Source: Paraspadella gotoi
Lineage: Eukaryota > Animalia > Chaetognatha
Length of the DNA stretch: 64,000 nucleotides
NCBI GenBank assembly: GCA_051294375.1
Contig: CM119267.1
Span: 8,765,977-8,829,976, forward strand
Reading direction: 5' to 3'
Program-made: the position numbers and the translations under genes
Shown: piece after piece, positions 48,112 to 61,136 of the stretch
Layout: each line of letters opens with the position of its first letter
Position numbering within the stretch: the stretch's first letter is position 1
Notes under the pieces: generated by a model
Seen by the model: only the letters and a program-made list of their open reading frames with translations
The model's database searches: none
What the model was told of the DNA's origin: nothing

Positions 48112-50624
48112 ATGGACTTCGTTTTGACGTTGCTGTTGACTTTGTTGGTTCTGGCGCCGAAATTGGACGCTTACGGAGATTACGACGACTCTGACGACGA
48201 AGTTGGCGCCGACGGCACGCCCACCGACGAAGAGGAAATAGATTCCCAGAAAATCCTCGACGCGGCCACGGAGGCGGTTCTGGAAAAGGCCGAAACGATG
48301 GGCGACTTCGAAGCGGTGAAGAGGGAGGTCGATATGGTCGTCAATGTGGCAGCCCCGACGGGATCCGTTAAACAAAGAGCGAGGGAGGCTGAGAACGGCG
48401 CTGAAGCGGCTGTGGACGCGGAGGCGGCGGCGAAAGCAGACGAGAAGACGGCGACGCCGATAGCCGGTACTTGCAGCGCGGACAAATCGAAAAAGTGTTC
48501 CATTGACGGGGAGTCGGAGGAAGCAGAAGCCGAGAAGCGTCCAGCAGACGATCCCCACGATCGAGCAGTCGACGCCGACAGTATCCTTAAAGACAAATAT
48601 TCGGGAGACATTGACATGGGAAAGCTGATGAGCGCGATTAGAAAGGCCGAAGAGGAGCAGAAAAAGAAAAACAATAAGTAATGCAGAATTAAAGATTTAT
48701 GTTGTTTAAAAGTTTTGTCAAATTCATTATTAAATGTTTTTTGCTCGTCGTTCAATAGAACCCATTCGTGTTTTCAAACGGCTCTTTTTTTTTCGCGGCC
48801 CTTATTTTCCCCTCAGCGTAGTTGAAACCGTTGGCAACCACGAGGATTCGGAAAAAGTTTGGAGTAACCATGGCGACGAATACGTCGTTCGGAAATCGAA
48901 TCCGTCGAAACCGAAGTTAGTTTTTAATCTTGATTTGAAATGAGTACAATTAGTTTCACAGAATTTGGACTTTAAAAAAAATCAATAGCAAAAGCGACGT
49001 TGAAAAAGCGTTGGATCTCCTAGGATCTAAGGAAGAGAAGGCAACTGAACCAGAGCCCGCGAACCGGATAGTTGATTCGAAGGCCGACGAAGCGAATGTT
49101 TACGACGCGTTAAACGAAACGCAACAAACGAATGAACAACGATTCTCCCAAGAAATTTCGAAGCTATCGAGGACCCTCGAAACCTTAAAACGACTTCGCC
49201 TCGACGCGAGACGCTCGGCTTTTGATCTCAGCCGCTCGAGGAGAGTCTCCAAGACCCTGAAGACCGAATTGGCGAAAAGACGGGCGGCGGTTCGAGACGC
49301 CGACTACGAGAAGAAAAAGGCGGAAAGAAAAGCGAGGAGGGCGCGCGAGGAGAGGGAACAGGCGGAGACGAAGATGAAGGCGCACGTCAAGTTCCTCGAG
49401 GCGCAGATCGCGGGTTGCTTGAGGGCTCAGGACGCGACGAGGGCGTTGAGAGCCGAGGAGGAAAAGAAGCTGAAAAAGACGGAAGATGAGAACAAGAAGA
49501 TTCGGGATTTGTTGAAGGCTTTTCAAACGGAGGTGGAGAAGAATGAGAGCGAGGGACAGAGAAAGCGGGACGAGATGGCGCGACAGCACAGGTAAAGGGG
49601 GTATAGTTTATTTCTTTTTATAATGCTTTTAATCTAAAAAAAACAACTGACAGCTGCTTGTTTTTAAGATAAAAAAAAACAATAAAAATTAAAATAAAAC
49701 CAAATTTTTGGAACTATTCTCTAATCCCAAAAGCGATTAGAACGAATACAATCTGATGTAAATGATAAAAATCATCCCAAATCGACCCAAATGCTCCGTT
49801 CCCAGGCGAGAGATCGAGTCGCTGATGTTAAAAATTATCGAGGGTCAATCGAAGCTGGAAAAAGCGGAGAATCAGATTAAGAACTCCAAGGCTTTGAAGG
49901 AGGCGCTTCGGGCGGAGAGGCTGAGAGTTCAAGACTTGGAGAGCGAGAGGCGGAAACTCCACGAGCGATTGAAGCGTCTGGAGACGGCCTTCGTCGACGA
50001 CAGCATCAACAACGATAAGGGCGCCTCTCCCTCGGACGCGCGCCACGTGGATGTCTTGACCGAAAGCAACGAAGAGTTGGAGATGCGCAACGAGGATCTT
50101 GAGGAGCTTAACGTACACATGAAGCGGAGCATCTATCAGCTGAAGAGAGATTTGGAGTTGCTGACTAACCGATCGTCCGGGATGGAAACGGAACTGAAGG
50201 AGCTCCTTCGCCAACGGACGCACCTGCTCGAGGCCATCGTCGCCACCTTCATCGTCTTCACTGGAATCATGATGGTGACGTTCTGCTGCTGCCGCGGCGG
50301 CGGCAGGAAGCAGCTAGAGGCGCGGGGCGACACGCGGAACGAGACGCGGATCGAGACGCAGAGCGAGCGATGCGGTAAATTTGAAAAAAAAGGCTTTTTT
50401 GAAGGAAATCCTTCAATATCTGGAATGGGATGGAATTTTTTTTTGGTTTTTTATCTCATGATTTTTTCGCTCCGCGATGGACTTTCCCAACCAACCAACT
50501 TTATCCGACCGTTTTGTTAATCTTTTGTCGTCTTTGCTCTTCAGATCCGGACGTGAAGTACTCGGATATGCAAATGAAGGAGACGGTCACCAAAAAGACC
50601 AAGAGTAAACAGAGAAAGGTCTGA
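48112..50624 (+). CDS. Complete 5-exon gene: 638-aa predicted type I membrane protein (signal peptide, acidic region, long coiled coil, one TM helix, short basic tail)
   Basis: Exons 48112-48677, 48817-48915, 48989-49591, 49806-50374 and 50545-50624 have GT-AG introns and phases 2,2,2,1, totalling 1917 nt from ATG to TGA. The N-terminus MDFVLTLLLTLLVLA is hydrophobic, exons 3-4 are E/K/R/L heptad-rich, and the TM segment AIVATFIVFTGIMMVTF is followed by CCCR. Confidence 0.9.
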
Positions 50625-51775
50625 AGGTCGCGGTTTCGCAATCCTCTTGACTAAGTTGACCGNNNNNNNNNNNNNNNNNNNNNNNNNNNNNNNNNNNNNN
50701 NNNNNNNNNNNNNNNNNNNNNNNNNNNNNNNNNNNNNNNNNNNNNNNNNNNNNNNNNNNNNNNNNNNNNNNNNNNNNNNNNNNNNNNNNNNNNNNNNNNN
50801 NNNNNNNNNNNNNNNNNNNNNNNNNNNNNNNNNNNNNNNNNNNNNNNNNNNNNNNNNNNNNNNNNNNNNNNNNNNNNNNNNNNNNNNNNNNNNNNNNNNN
50901 NNNNNNNNNNNNNNNNNNNNNNNNNNNNNNNNNNNNNNNNNNNNNNNNNNNNNNNNNNNNNNNNNNNNNNNNNNNNNNNNNNNNNNNNNNNNNNNNNNNN
51001 NNNNNNNNNNNNNNNNNNNNNNNNNNNNNNNNNNNNNNNNNNNNNNNNNNNNNNNNNNNNNNNNNNNNNNNNNNNNNNNNNNNNNNNNNNNNNNNNNNNN
51101 NNNNNNNNNNNNNNNNNNNNNNNNNNNNNNNNNNNNNNNNNNNNNNNNNNNNNNNNNNNNNNNNNNNNNNNNNNNNNNNNNNNNNNNNNNNNNNNNNNNN
51201 NNNNNNNNNNNNNNNNNNNNNNNNNNNNNNNNNNNNNNNNNNNNNNNNNNNNNNNNNNNNNNNNNNNNNNNNNNNNNNNTTCCTCCCACATTCCTTCCTC
51301 TTCTTTTCTTTCCTCCAACATTCCTTCCTCTTCTTTTCTTTCCTCCGCTTTCCACGCCTCGTTCCTCCACCGTTTTATGATTCGTTGCATCGTTCGTCTA
51401 ACAACCCGAGAAATGGCTGCCCACTTGAACGCAGTTCGGTTTTTACGACGCCACTCCGCTTTCTTTATTTCTTCCTCTTTTTTTTTTATTTCTTTCGTCC
51501 TTACTAATATTTTTTCTTTTCTGTCTCTAGATTTTATTTTTTATTCATTTTTTTTTACTTGACTCGGTTCCTCCCATCTGAAAAACAAAATTTTCCCAGG
51601 TGAATATTTTGAATGTAATCCGCACCATCGAAAAAAGGCGGAAGCGATAAAAAAAACGACGACGACGACGACGACGACGACGACGTCACTGACGACCGAC
51701 AGGAAACGATGAAAAGCTAAGGCGTTCGATGGACTCGATCGAGAATGCAGTCTGTGTCATGCTTTGAGAAGATGA

Positions 51776-51865
<90 letters not shown>

Positions 51866-52053
51866 AAGCAAAAGCGAGCAAGCGAGGGTCGCCGATTTTC
51901 CATTTAAGGGGAAGATAAGCGAAGCATCAAGATCCGATAAAAAACGCCATCGGGGTCGAGGAAAAGGTGAGATCCGCCAAATAGAGATGACGTCGACCGG
52001 GAAAGTGTCAACTCGATCGAGGTTGACATCGACCGGGAATTTTTTTTTTCTTG

Positions 52054-52132
52054 AGGACATTTCGATTGACTTTGGCGAAATAAATAATTTCTAAGAAATA
52101 ACTTATTTCGCTAAAGTCAATCGAAATGGCCT
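52054..52132. other. 79-nt near-perfect hairpin/palindrome
   Basis: AGGACATTTCGATTGACTTTGGCGAAATAA pairs with TTATTTCGCTAAAGTCAATCGAAATGGCCT over 30 bp, with one G:U and one mismatch. The inner ATTTCTAAGAAAT is also self-complementary. Confidence 0.8.
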
Positions 52133-53214
52133 AAATAACGATTGTTTTTTTTATTTAGACATTAAAATACATTTATATAATTCTAAAAAAAATACACACA
52201 ACCCACAAACGAACAGAGTCTACCGTAAATGCTATGACAGNNNNNNNNNNNNNNNNNNNNNNNNNNNNNNNNNNNNNNNNNNNNNNNNNNNNNNNNNNNN
52301 NNNNNNNNNNNNNNNNNNNNNNNNNNNNNNNNNNNNNNNNNNNNNNNNNNNNNNNNNNNNNNNNNNNNNNNNNNNNNNNNNNNNNNNNNNNNNNNNNNNN
52401 NNNNNNNNNNNNNNNNNNNNNNNNNNNNNNNNNNNNNNNNNNNNNNNNNNNNNNNNNNNNNNNNNNNNNNNNNNNNNNNNNNNNNNNNNNNNNNNNNNNN
52501 NNNNNNNNNNNNNNNNNNNNNNNNNNNNNNNNNNNNNNNNNNNNNNNNNNNNNNNNNNNNNNNNNNNNNNNNNNNNNNNNNNNNNNNNNNNNNNNNNNNN
52601 NNNNNNNNNNNNNNNNNNNNNNNNNNNNNNNNNNNNNNNNNNNNNNNNNNNNNNNNNNNNNNNNNNNNNNNNNNNNNNNNNNNNNNNNNNNNNNNNNNNN
52701 NNNNNNNNNNNNNNNNNNNNNNNNNNNNNNNNNNNNNNNNNNNNNNNNNNNNNNNNNNNNNNNNNNNNNNNNNNNNNNNNNNNNNNNNNNNNNNNNNNNN
52801 NNNNNNNNNNNNNNNNNNNNNNNNNNNNNNNNNNNNNNNNNNNNNNNNNNNNNNNNNNNNNNNNNNNNNNNNNNNNNNNNNNNNNNNNNNNNNNNNNTAA
52901 AAAGAATATATACGACCTTGTTCTTGCTTCTTTTGACTTCATGTCTTTCCTTCCCTCGCAAAACACAATTTCTTCAAAATCTCTTTTTCTCTTAATCTCC
53001 TTTAGCTTTCGCTTTACTTGCTCTCTTCACCTTTTGCTTCCCTTTCCCTTCCCCTCCTTTTCCTTTGCCCTACCCGACCCAAATTAATGGCGTCGTCGAA
53101 AATAACATAAATTCCATAGTGCATTACCCCGCTCGGCCTCCGCGCGCCAGGCTCGCCCCTTTCTTGCCCTTTCGCAAATTCATCCTTGGATTAGTCTCTA
53201 CGCTCTCTCTCTCG

Positions 53215-53262
<48 letters not shown>

Positions 53263-54147
53263 CTTCGTCCTTATTCTTCTCATCGTCTCTCTCTCTCGCG
53301 TCTCTCTTCTCTCTCACCTTCTCCGGCACCGCTGCGACACAATCTCCGTATCCGTGTCGAGTTCGTCTCCGCCATCGAGACTTCCCGTACTTTTTCTGCC
53401 TCCCCGAACGTGGAAATATCACATTTTCGCCTCACTTTTTTTTTCGGTCCGATCAGAAAGATGTAGTATTCGCGACCCGTCCTCCTTTGAATTGTACATA
53501 CATCTCTGCTCCGCTCTCTGCTCTCTCTCCATCATCGCTCTCTCTCGTCTCTCTCTCTGCTCTCTCTCTCTCCTCCTGTCTCTCTCTCTCTCTGTCTCTC
53601 TCTCTCTCTCCCTGCTCTCTCTCTCTTCTGAATTTATCTCGGGTCGCCCTCTTCGCGAGTTCAACTCACCGATATCTTCGTTGTTCTGCCTTCAATAATT
53701 TTTTTTTCTGCAACCCCGTCGTCCATTCTCACTATACGCCATCTCCCCGTATTTCAAACTCCGCTGAACCTCTCTTACGCCTCAACAAACTATTTGATCT
53801 TCCTTTCCTCCTCCCATCCTCCTCCGTCCCTCCTCCCCCTTTTTCCCCCTCCCTCACGCGCTCCTGCTCATCCTTGTTCACGATTTTGACCCCTTTATAT
53901 AAGTTTTCCCAGATTCTTTCCTTTCCTCCATTTTTTTTTTCCTTCCCCGTTGCCGGTTTTTTTCCTCCTTTTTTTTTTCTTTACTTTTTTCCTAGCCTTT
54001 TTTCTCCTCTTGTTCCTTATCCTCCTCTCCGAATTTGATCCTTCTGCCTTTGACCGCTGGAACGGAGAGCGCCCCCCAACACATTTAGCGTTGCCCTCCT
54101 CTCTCTCTCTCTCTCCTCTCTCTTTCTCGTCTCTCTCTCTCTCTCTC

Positions 54148-54184
<37 letters not shown>

Positions 54185-54255
54185 CTTAACGCAAAGGAAC
54201 GGGGGGGCCGGGGTCGAAGGCCGCCCTTTGGGGCCGAAGAATTTGCTTTAATCTC

Positions 54256-54297
54256 ATTGGACGCTGGTTGCCATGGAAACCCGAGTAAAAAGCCAAT
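54256..54297. promoter_or_regulatory. RFX X-box flanked by two oppositely oriented CCAAT boxes
   Basis: ATTGG at 54256-54260, GTTGCCATGGAAAC at 54267-54280 (one mismatch to the palindromic X-box GTTGCCATGGCAAC), and CCAAT at 54293-54297. Confidence 0.55.
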
Positions 54298-55151
54298 CGT
54301 GGGACAAGAGCAATATTTTTTCGGAGCGATTTTCCCTCTGGGTTTTTTTTTTTTTGTTAGTTTTTTTAGCCAACCGACTCTCTCGTTTTTTTAAATCCCT
54401 TATGTTTCAATACCTCAATTTATAAATTCAAAAATAATGATAATAAAAGTAAATAAATTTATTAAAAGAAAAACTACTAGTAAATTTGCTCATCCTATCG
54501 ACGTTTTGTGCCTCGTTTTCTTTCTCATATTTTATCTCATTCTTGATCCCCTTTTCTTTTTTCAGATATTTTTTTTAAATTTTCTGATTGTGTACTATAA
54601 CTTTGATATATAAGCATGTACACATATATATAATGAAAGCCTTAATACTATAAAATATAAAAAGACAAAATAGTGTAATTTTGCCAATTTTTCAGACACT
54701 GTCACTGGCTCGCCTCATCTTTTTCCGTATCATGTTTACCACTTTCTCAATATTTATATTCTAAATATATTAGAATAAATGAAGTTTGTTAACAAATCAT
54801 GATAACAATTAACGGCAAGTTTAAGACCTTAAATCATAATTCTATAATTATTAATCATATCTTTATCATCATAATCACCAACTTTTTTATCTTCCATTCC
54901 CGGAAAACCTAAAACTTCATCTCTCAATCAGCTCTCGTCCGTGTCTAACTTACCCACGCGCCTTACTTCCCTCTTCCCCTCTTCCCCTCTTCCCCTCTTC
55001 CCCTCTTCCCCTCCTGATACGACTCCACTTTCTGCGCCGATATTCATTATCCTAGTCGGTCTCCGTCGAGAGTCGAAGGTCTTCGAATATCAATAATTAT
55101 GCTCGATAAAAAATATCCATTCCGATAAATTATCGATTCTGGATTTTTTTT

Positions 55152-55188
<37 letters not shown>

Positions 55189-56580
55189 TCCTTCTTTCCT
55201 CTTTTTTTTGTGTGTGTGACGCCGCGCGTGATGTGGCGTCGCGAGTGACGCTTTTCCTCGACGGCGGTGGAGAAGACTATCGTCGCCATTTTTTTTCGTG
55301 TTCACTAGAAGTATTTGTCCCTCGTGAAAATTAGTAAATCACCTTTTCATTCTTCACCGTTGGTTCACTCGTTGCCTGTGACCCATCTAACCCTTCCTTC
55401 TTTATCCTCTATCCTTCCCCTCTACGAATTCGACCCAATATATCCTTCTTACCTTCTTACCCGCCATTTCCAACGCCGCCCGCCGCGCATAATTTCCGTT
55501 GAGGTCGACGTCGCAACTCCGCCGCAGTCGCCTCTTCGCCGCCGCCGCCGCCGCCTCTCCGCCGCCACATTACCACAGCATATACCTGCAGCAACGTCGG
55601 GATTATTGCCTCCGGACCGTTTCTGCGCTATATATCGCTTCGCCAGTCACCACCCCTTTTTTTGCCTCAACATTCCCTCTTCAAACCGCTCGAGTCTTTC
55701 GAGCCGCTTTCATACTTTCGCCGCGCCAACGCCGGGCCTCCTCACCACCTGCGAAGCTTAGCGCTTGTTTTATGACCGTTTTTGATGGAGGTCACTCACC
55801 TCGCGGTCAAAGCCGCGACGCCGCCGCCGCCGTCTTTCTCGTCGTCGTAAAAAAAAAGGGATAATCGCGAAAGAGGGGGCTTCGGCTGTCGAGGTGGGGT
55901 AAGTTGGTCGGAGTTCTGAATCTTTTGTGAGAGTCGGAAATAAAAGTGAAGTGGAAAAGAAAAAAAGATTATGAAGACACGCAATACCATGAAAAAAAAT
56001 GACAATGAAACAATGACAATGACAAACCCCTCGGCGACCGAGTTCCTTCCGAGTGTCACTTTTGCGGCGGCGGTTGCTGCTGCTACAGCTGCAGCGACAG
56101 CGCGTCGGGGCTGAGACTGCCTTTTCTCTACGTGACGGAAATTCACGTTCTACTTGCCGACCTCTGGGAGAGGCTGTGAAACCGGAGAGTTCAATCTGGG
56201 GAGGTTGGTGCGCCCCTCACAGAGTTGGAGAAGGGTGGTGATTAAAATTGATTTGCTGATAAGCTTTTCTCCCTAAATCTAATGACGGATTCGCTTTAGA
56301 AGTGAAATTAACGTTTGCATTTGAATACTTGATTAATTTCTCTCTCATCATCACTCCCTCCTTTTACGCTCCTTTCTCGCCGCCGCTTGATTGCCGCCAA
56401 CGTCTCGCTCTCTCTCTTTCTCTCCCTCCCTAAATCCTCAATACCTCTCTCTTTCGCTCTCTCTCTCTCTTACTTTTTTATGGCCGTTCAACGTTCTCCG
56501 TCCTCGCTCTTTTACGATCTCTTTTTCTAACCTCTCGTGTTTCTCTCTCTTCTCTCTCTCTACTCCTCTCTCTCTCTCTC

Positions 56581-56611
<31 letters not shown>

Positions 56612-56730
56612 CTCCTTCTCTCTCCTTCCCCACTCTACGACGGTGACTCTCCCGGCTGACCCCTGCGGGCGCCTCCCGCGCCGCCTCTATCTCGTTTTAT
56701 ATCCCTACTTTACCTCCTATTTTCTCTTCT

Positions 56731-56800
<70 letters not shown>

Positions 56801-56858
56801 CTCTTGCCATATTATATGTCTCGCTCTCTCATTTCCCTCCCCCCCTTCCACCAGAGAA

Positions 56859-57325
56859 AAAAAAAAAAAAACCACGGGCTTCGCATTCCAGTGCGCCGAT
56901 CTCAATTCTTTTCTACCTCGACGATTTTTTAGCGCCAGACTTTATTACGCCCCGTTTCCCTTTTGTTTTCTTTTTTTTTTTCCGTTTTTCCAGGAAACCA
57001 TTTTTTACGAAAAAGAAAAAAAAACCAACGACCCGGAAAATGGCGTCCTCTGTCTTATCGATAGATTCGAGCGAAAAATAAGAGAGGACAATAGTTTCAA
57101 GCTGGATTACGAGACAGAAAAGGACAAGGAGAGAACAAGGAGGCGAGAGAGACAGAACAGACAAGAGAGACGGTGAAGGCATGCAAATCCTTCGTTTACC
57201 GTTTTCATTTACTCAATCTGCTTCTCATCCCAGTAAAACTACCTCGCATCAAGAGTCATTTCCGCCGAAACGCAAATTAGATTCTTCTCTTGCTGGAACC
57301 CAGCCGTCAGATTGTATTCCTCTCT

Positions 57326-57362
<37 letters not shown>

Positions 57363-57372
57363 CTCTCTTCTC

Positions 57373-57406
<34 letters not shown>

Positions 57407-57622
57407 TCCTTTTGGACCTTCTTCTCGTGTCAGTAATGTAATGCGCAACTACGGCCTGTCTCGCCTTTAATGCCCGAAGACGTTCGAGCATTATTCATTT
57501 TGTACCTTTAAGTGTTTTCCGTATTCAACTCGTTGCTGAGGATACGATTATCGAACTTTCAATTGGTACCCTAGTTTTTCTTTCGAAGGCAACATCTGTG
57601 ACGTAAACGAAATAAAAAAAAG
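56859..57622 (+). repeat. About 0.75-kb direct repeat, copy 1
   Basis: Nearly identical to 61137-61873; the similarity ends at ACGTAAACGAAATAAAAAAAAG. Confidence 0.9.
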
Positions 57623-60600
57623 TTAAAAAGAAATAAAAACTTAAAAAAAAAAAACTGGCAAACTTTTTTCAATGTAAAAAGTGAATTAAAAACGTTAAAT
57701 ACACGGCAAGGACGATATTTCCAAAGAGATAAACAACTTTAAAAACAAAGCAAGAAAAACGGCTTTTTCCAATGTAAAAAGAGATAAAAAATTCTAAAAC
57801 ACCGGAAAACGATATTTTCAAAGAAAAAAGAAATTTAAAAACGTCTAAATACTTCTGCAATAAACATTCATCGAGGTTGTTAAAATTGTCGTGAGCGACA
57901 GTTATTAAATATTTTTTATTCAAAACAAACAAATTTCCTCTCTTTTATTTTTATGTCTGCCTTCTCTCTCTCTTTTCTCTTTTTAATTTTATGTAGCCTT
58001 TCTCTCACCTCTCAAATTAGGATAAAAACGTAATACACCAGGAAAACGACTTTTCTCGCTAAAAAAGATATGAAAACTTTAAAAATAACAGAATACGATT
58101 TTTTTCAATGTAAAAAGAAATAAAAAAACTGTTTTAAAAAAACGGCAAACGGTTTTTTTCCAATGTTAAAATGACGGTTAAAAAACACCGAAATAAACAA
58201 CTTTTTTTCTGAAGCTAAAAGGTGGAATAAAAACGGCGTGGTAATACAGCGGCCAGACGATATTTCCAAAGAGATAACAACTTTAAAAACAAAGAAAAAC
58301 GCCTTTTTCCAATGTTAAAAAGAGATAAAAAATTTCTAAAACACCGGAAAACGATATTTTTTAAGAAAAAAAGAAAAAAAACGTTAACATGACTTTCTGC
58401 ATAATTAACATCATCGAGCCGGTTGTTAAAATTGGGTGAGGACAGTTATTAAATAATCTTTTTATCAAAACAAAACAAATTTCCTCTCTTTTATTTTTAT
58501 GTCTCCTTCTCTCTCTCTTTTCTCTTTAATTTTATGTAGCTTTCCTCACTCTCAATAGCATAAAAACGTTAAACACACCAGAAAACGACTTTTTCTCTTG
58601 TAAAAAAATATGAAAACTATTAAAAATAACAGAAAACGATTTTTTCCAATGGATAAAAAGAAATAAAAACTTTTAAAAAAAAACGGCAAAACGTTTTTTC
58701 TAATGTAAAAAGAGTTAAAAAACACCGAAAACGACTTTTCTAAAGTAAAAAGTAATAAAAAACGTTAAAGTACACCGGCAGACGACATCTTCCAAAAATA
58801 ACAACTTTAAAAACAAAGACAAAAACGCTTTTTCCAATGTAAAAAGCAGATAAAAAATTTCTAAAACACCGCGAAAACGCCATATTGTTCAATGAAAAAA
58901 GAAAATAAAAAACGTTAAATACTTCTGCAAATAACATCATTCGAGTGTACGTGCTTAAAACTTGCGGTGAGGACAGTTATTAAATATCTTTTATCCAAAA
59001 AAAAAATTTCCTCATCTTTTATTTATTGGTCTCCTTTCTCTCTCTTCTTTCTCTTTAATTTTACTGTAGCTTTCTCTCACTCTCAAAAGATTTAAAACGT
59101 TAAATACACAGAAAACGACTTTTTCTCTTGTAAAAAGCATATGAAACTTTAAACAAATAACAGAAAACGATTTTTTTCATTGTAAAAAGAAATAGAAACT
59201 TTAAAAAAAAAACGGCAAACGTTTTTTCCAATGCTAAAAATAATATAAAAAAAAACACCGATAAAACGACTTTTCTAAAGTAAAAAAGTGCATAACAACG
59301 TTAATACAGCGGCAGACGATATTCCTCAAAGAGATAACAACTTTTAAAAACAAAGAAAAAGCTTTTTCCAATGTAAAAAGAGATAAAAAAATTTCTAAAA
59401 CAGCCGGAAGAACGTATATTTTCAAAGAAAAAGAAATAACGTTAAATACTTCTGGCAAAATAAACATCATCGAGTGGTTAAAATTGGGTGAGGACAGTTA
59501 TTAAATCATCTTTTTATGTCAAAACAAACAAATGTTCCTTCTCTTTTATTGTTATGTCTCCTTCTCCTCTCTCTTTTCTCTTTAATTTTATGTAGCTTTT
59601 CTCTCACTCTCAATAGACTTAAAAAACGTTAAATGACACCAGAAAAACGACTTTTTCTCGCTAAAAGATATGAAAACTTTAAAAATAACAGAAAAACGAA
59701 GGTTTTTTTCAATGTTAAAAAGAAATAAAAACTTTTAAAAAAAACGGGCAAACGTTTTTTCCAATGTAAGAAAAATATTAAAAAAAAAACACCGATAAAC
59801 GACTTTTACTAAAAGTAAAAAGCTGATAAAAACGTTAGAATACAGCGGCAGACATGATATTTCCAAAGAGATAACAACTTTAAAAACAAAAGAAAAAACG
59901 GCTTTCCAATGCTTACAAAAGAGATAAAAATTTAAAAAAAAAAAAAAAAAAAATTCTAAAACACCGGAAAACGATATTTTTAAAGAAAAAGAAAAAAAAA
60001 CGGTTAAATAACTTCTGCAAATAAAACATCATCGAGTTGCTTCAAAATTGGGTGAGACAGTTATTAAATATTCTTTTTATAGAAACAAACAAATTTCCGT
60101 TCTTTTATTTTTATGTTCTCCTTCTCTCTCTCTTTTCTCTTTAATTTTATGTAGCTTTCTCTCACTCTCATAGATAAAAACGTAAATACACCAGAAAACG
60201 ACTTTTTCTCTGGGTTAAAAAGATATGAAACTTTAAAAAATAACAGAAAACGATTTTTTCCAATGTAAAAAGAAATAAAAACTTTAAAAAAAACGGCAAA
60301 CGTTTTTTCCATGTAAAAAAGAGTTAAAAGAACACCAATAAACGATTTTCTAAAGTAAAAAGTTAATAAAAATGTTAAATACACCCGGACGACCGATATT
60401 TCCAAGAGGATAACAACTTTAAAACAAAGAAAAACGCTTTTTCCAATTAAAAAGAGATAAAAAATTTCTTTAAAACACCCGGAGAAACGATCATTTTCAA
60501 GAAAAAGAAATAAAAAACGTTAAATACTTCTGCAAATAACATCATCGAGGTTGTTAAAATTGCGGTGAGGACAGTATTAAATATCTTTTTATCAAAACAA

Positions 60601-61111
60601 ACAAATTTCCTCTCTTTTATTTTTTATGTCTCCTTCTCTCTCTCTTTTCTCTTAATTTTTATGTAGCTTTCTCTCACTTCTCAAGTAGAGATAAAACGTT
60701 AAATTACACCAGAAAAACGACTCTTTTTTCTCGCACTAAAAAGGATATGAAACTTTAAAAAAATAATAACAGAAACGATTTTTTCCAATTGTAAAAGAAA
60801 TAACAAACCTTTAAAAAAAAGACGGCAAAACGTTCTTTCAATGTAAAAAGAATATTTAAAAAAACATCCGATAAACGACTTTTCTTAAAGTAAAAAAAGT
60901 GATAAAAACGTTACAATAAGCGGCAGACGATATTTGCCAAAGAGCGACTAACAACTTTAAAAACAAAGGAAAACGCTTTTTCCAATGTAAAAAGAGATAA
61001 CAAAATTCCTAAAACACCGGGGGGAAAAACCACATATTTTCAAGAGAAAAAAAATTTAAAAACGTTAAATTACTTCATGCAAATAACGATCATCGAGGTG
61101 TTGAAGATGGT
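57620..61111 (+). repeat. AT-rich tandem satellite, about 535-bp unit, about 6.5 copies, with internal 45-50-bp subrepeats
   Basis: The landmark CATCGAG..GTTAAAATTG recurs near 57869, 58412, 58940, 59468, 60030, 60543 and 61091. Each unit has a CT-rich block and several AAAACG(N)TTTTTCCAATGTAAAAAGA-like subunits. The array is truncated by the N run at 61112-61136. Confidence 0.93.
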
Positions 61112-61136
61112 NNNNNNNNNNNNNNNNNNNNNNNNN

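Noticed and set aside
50587-52995. Long ORFs of 239-286 aa in the ORF track
   Set aside because: They consist of X residues from the N gaps at 50663-51279 and 52241-52897.
57620-61111. CRISPR-like repeat-spacer array
   Set aside because: Whole units repeat, there are no unique spacers or cas genes, and the context is eukaryotic.
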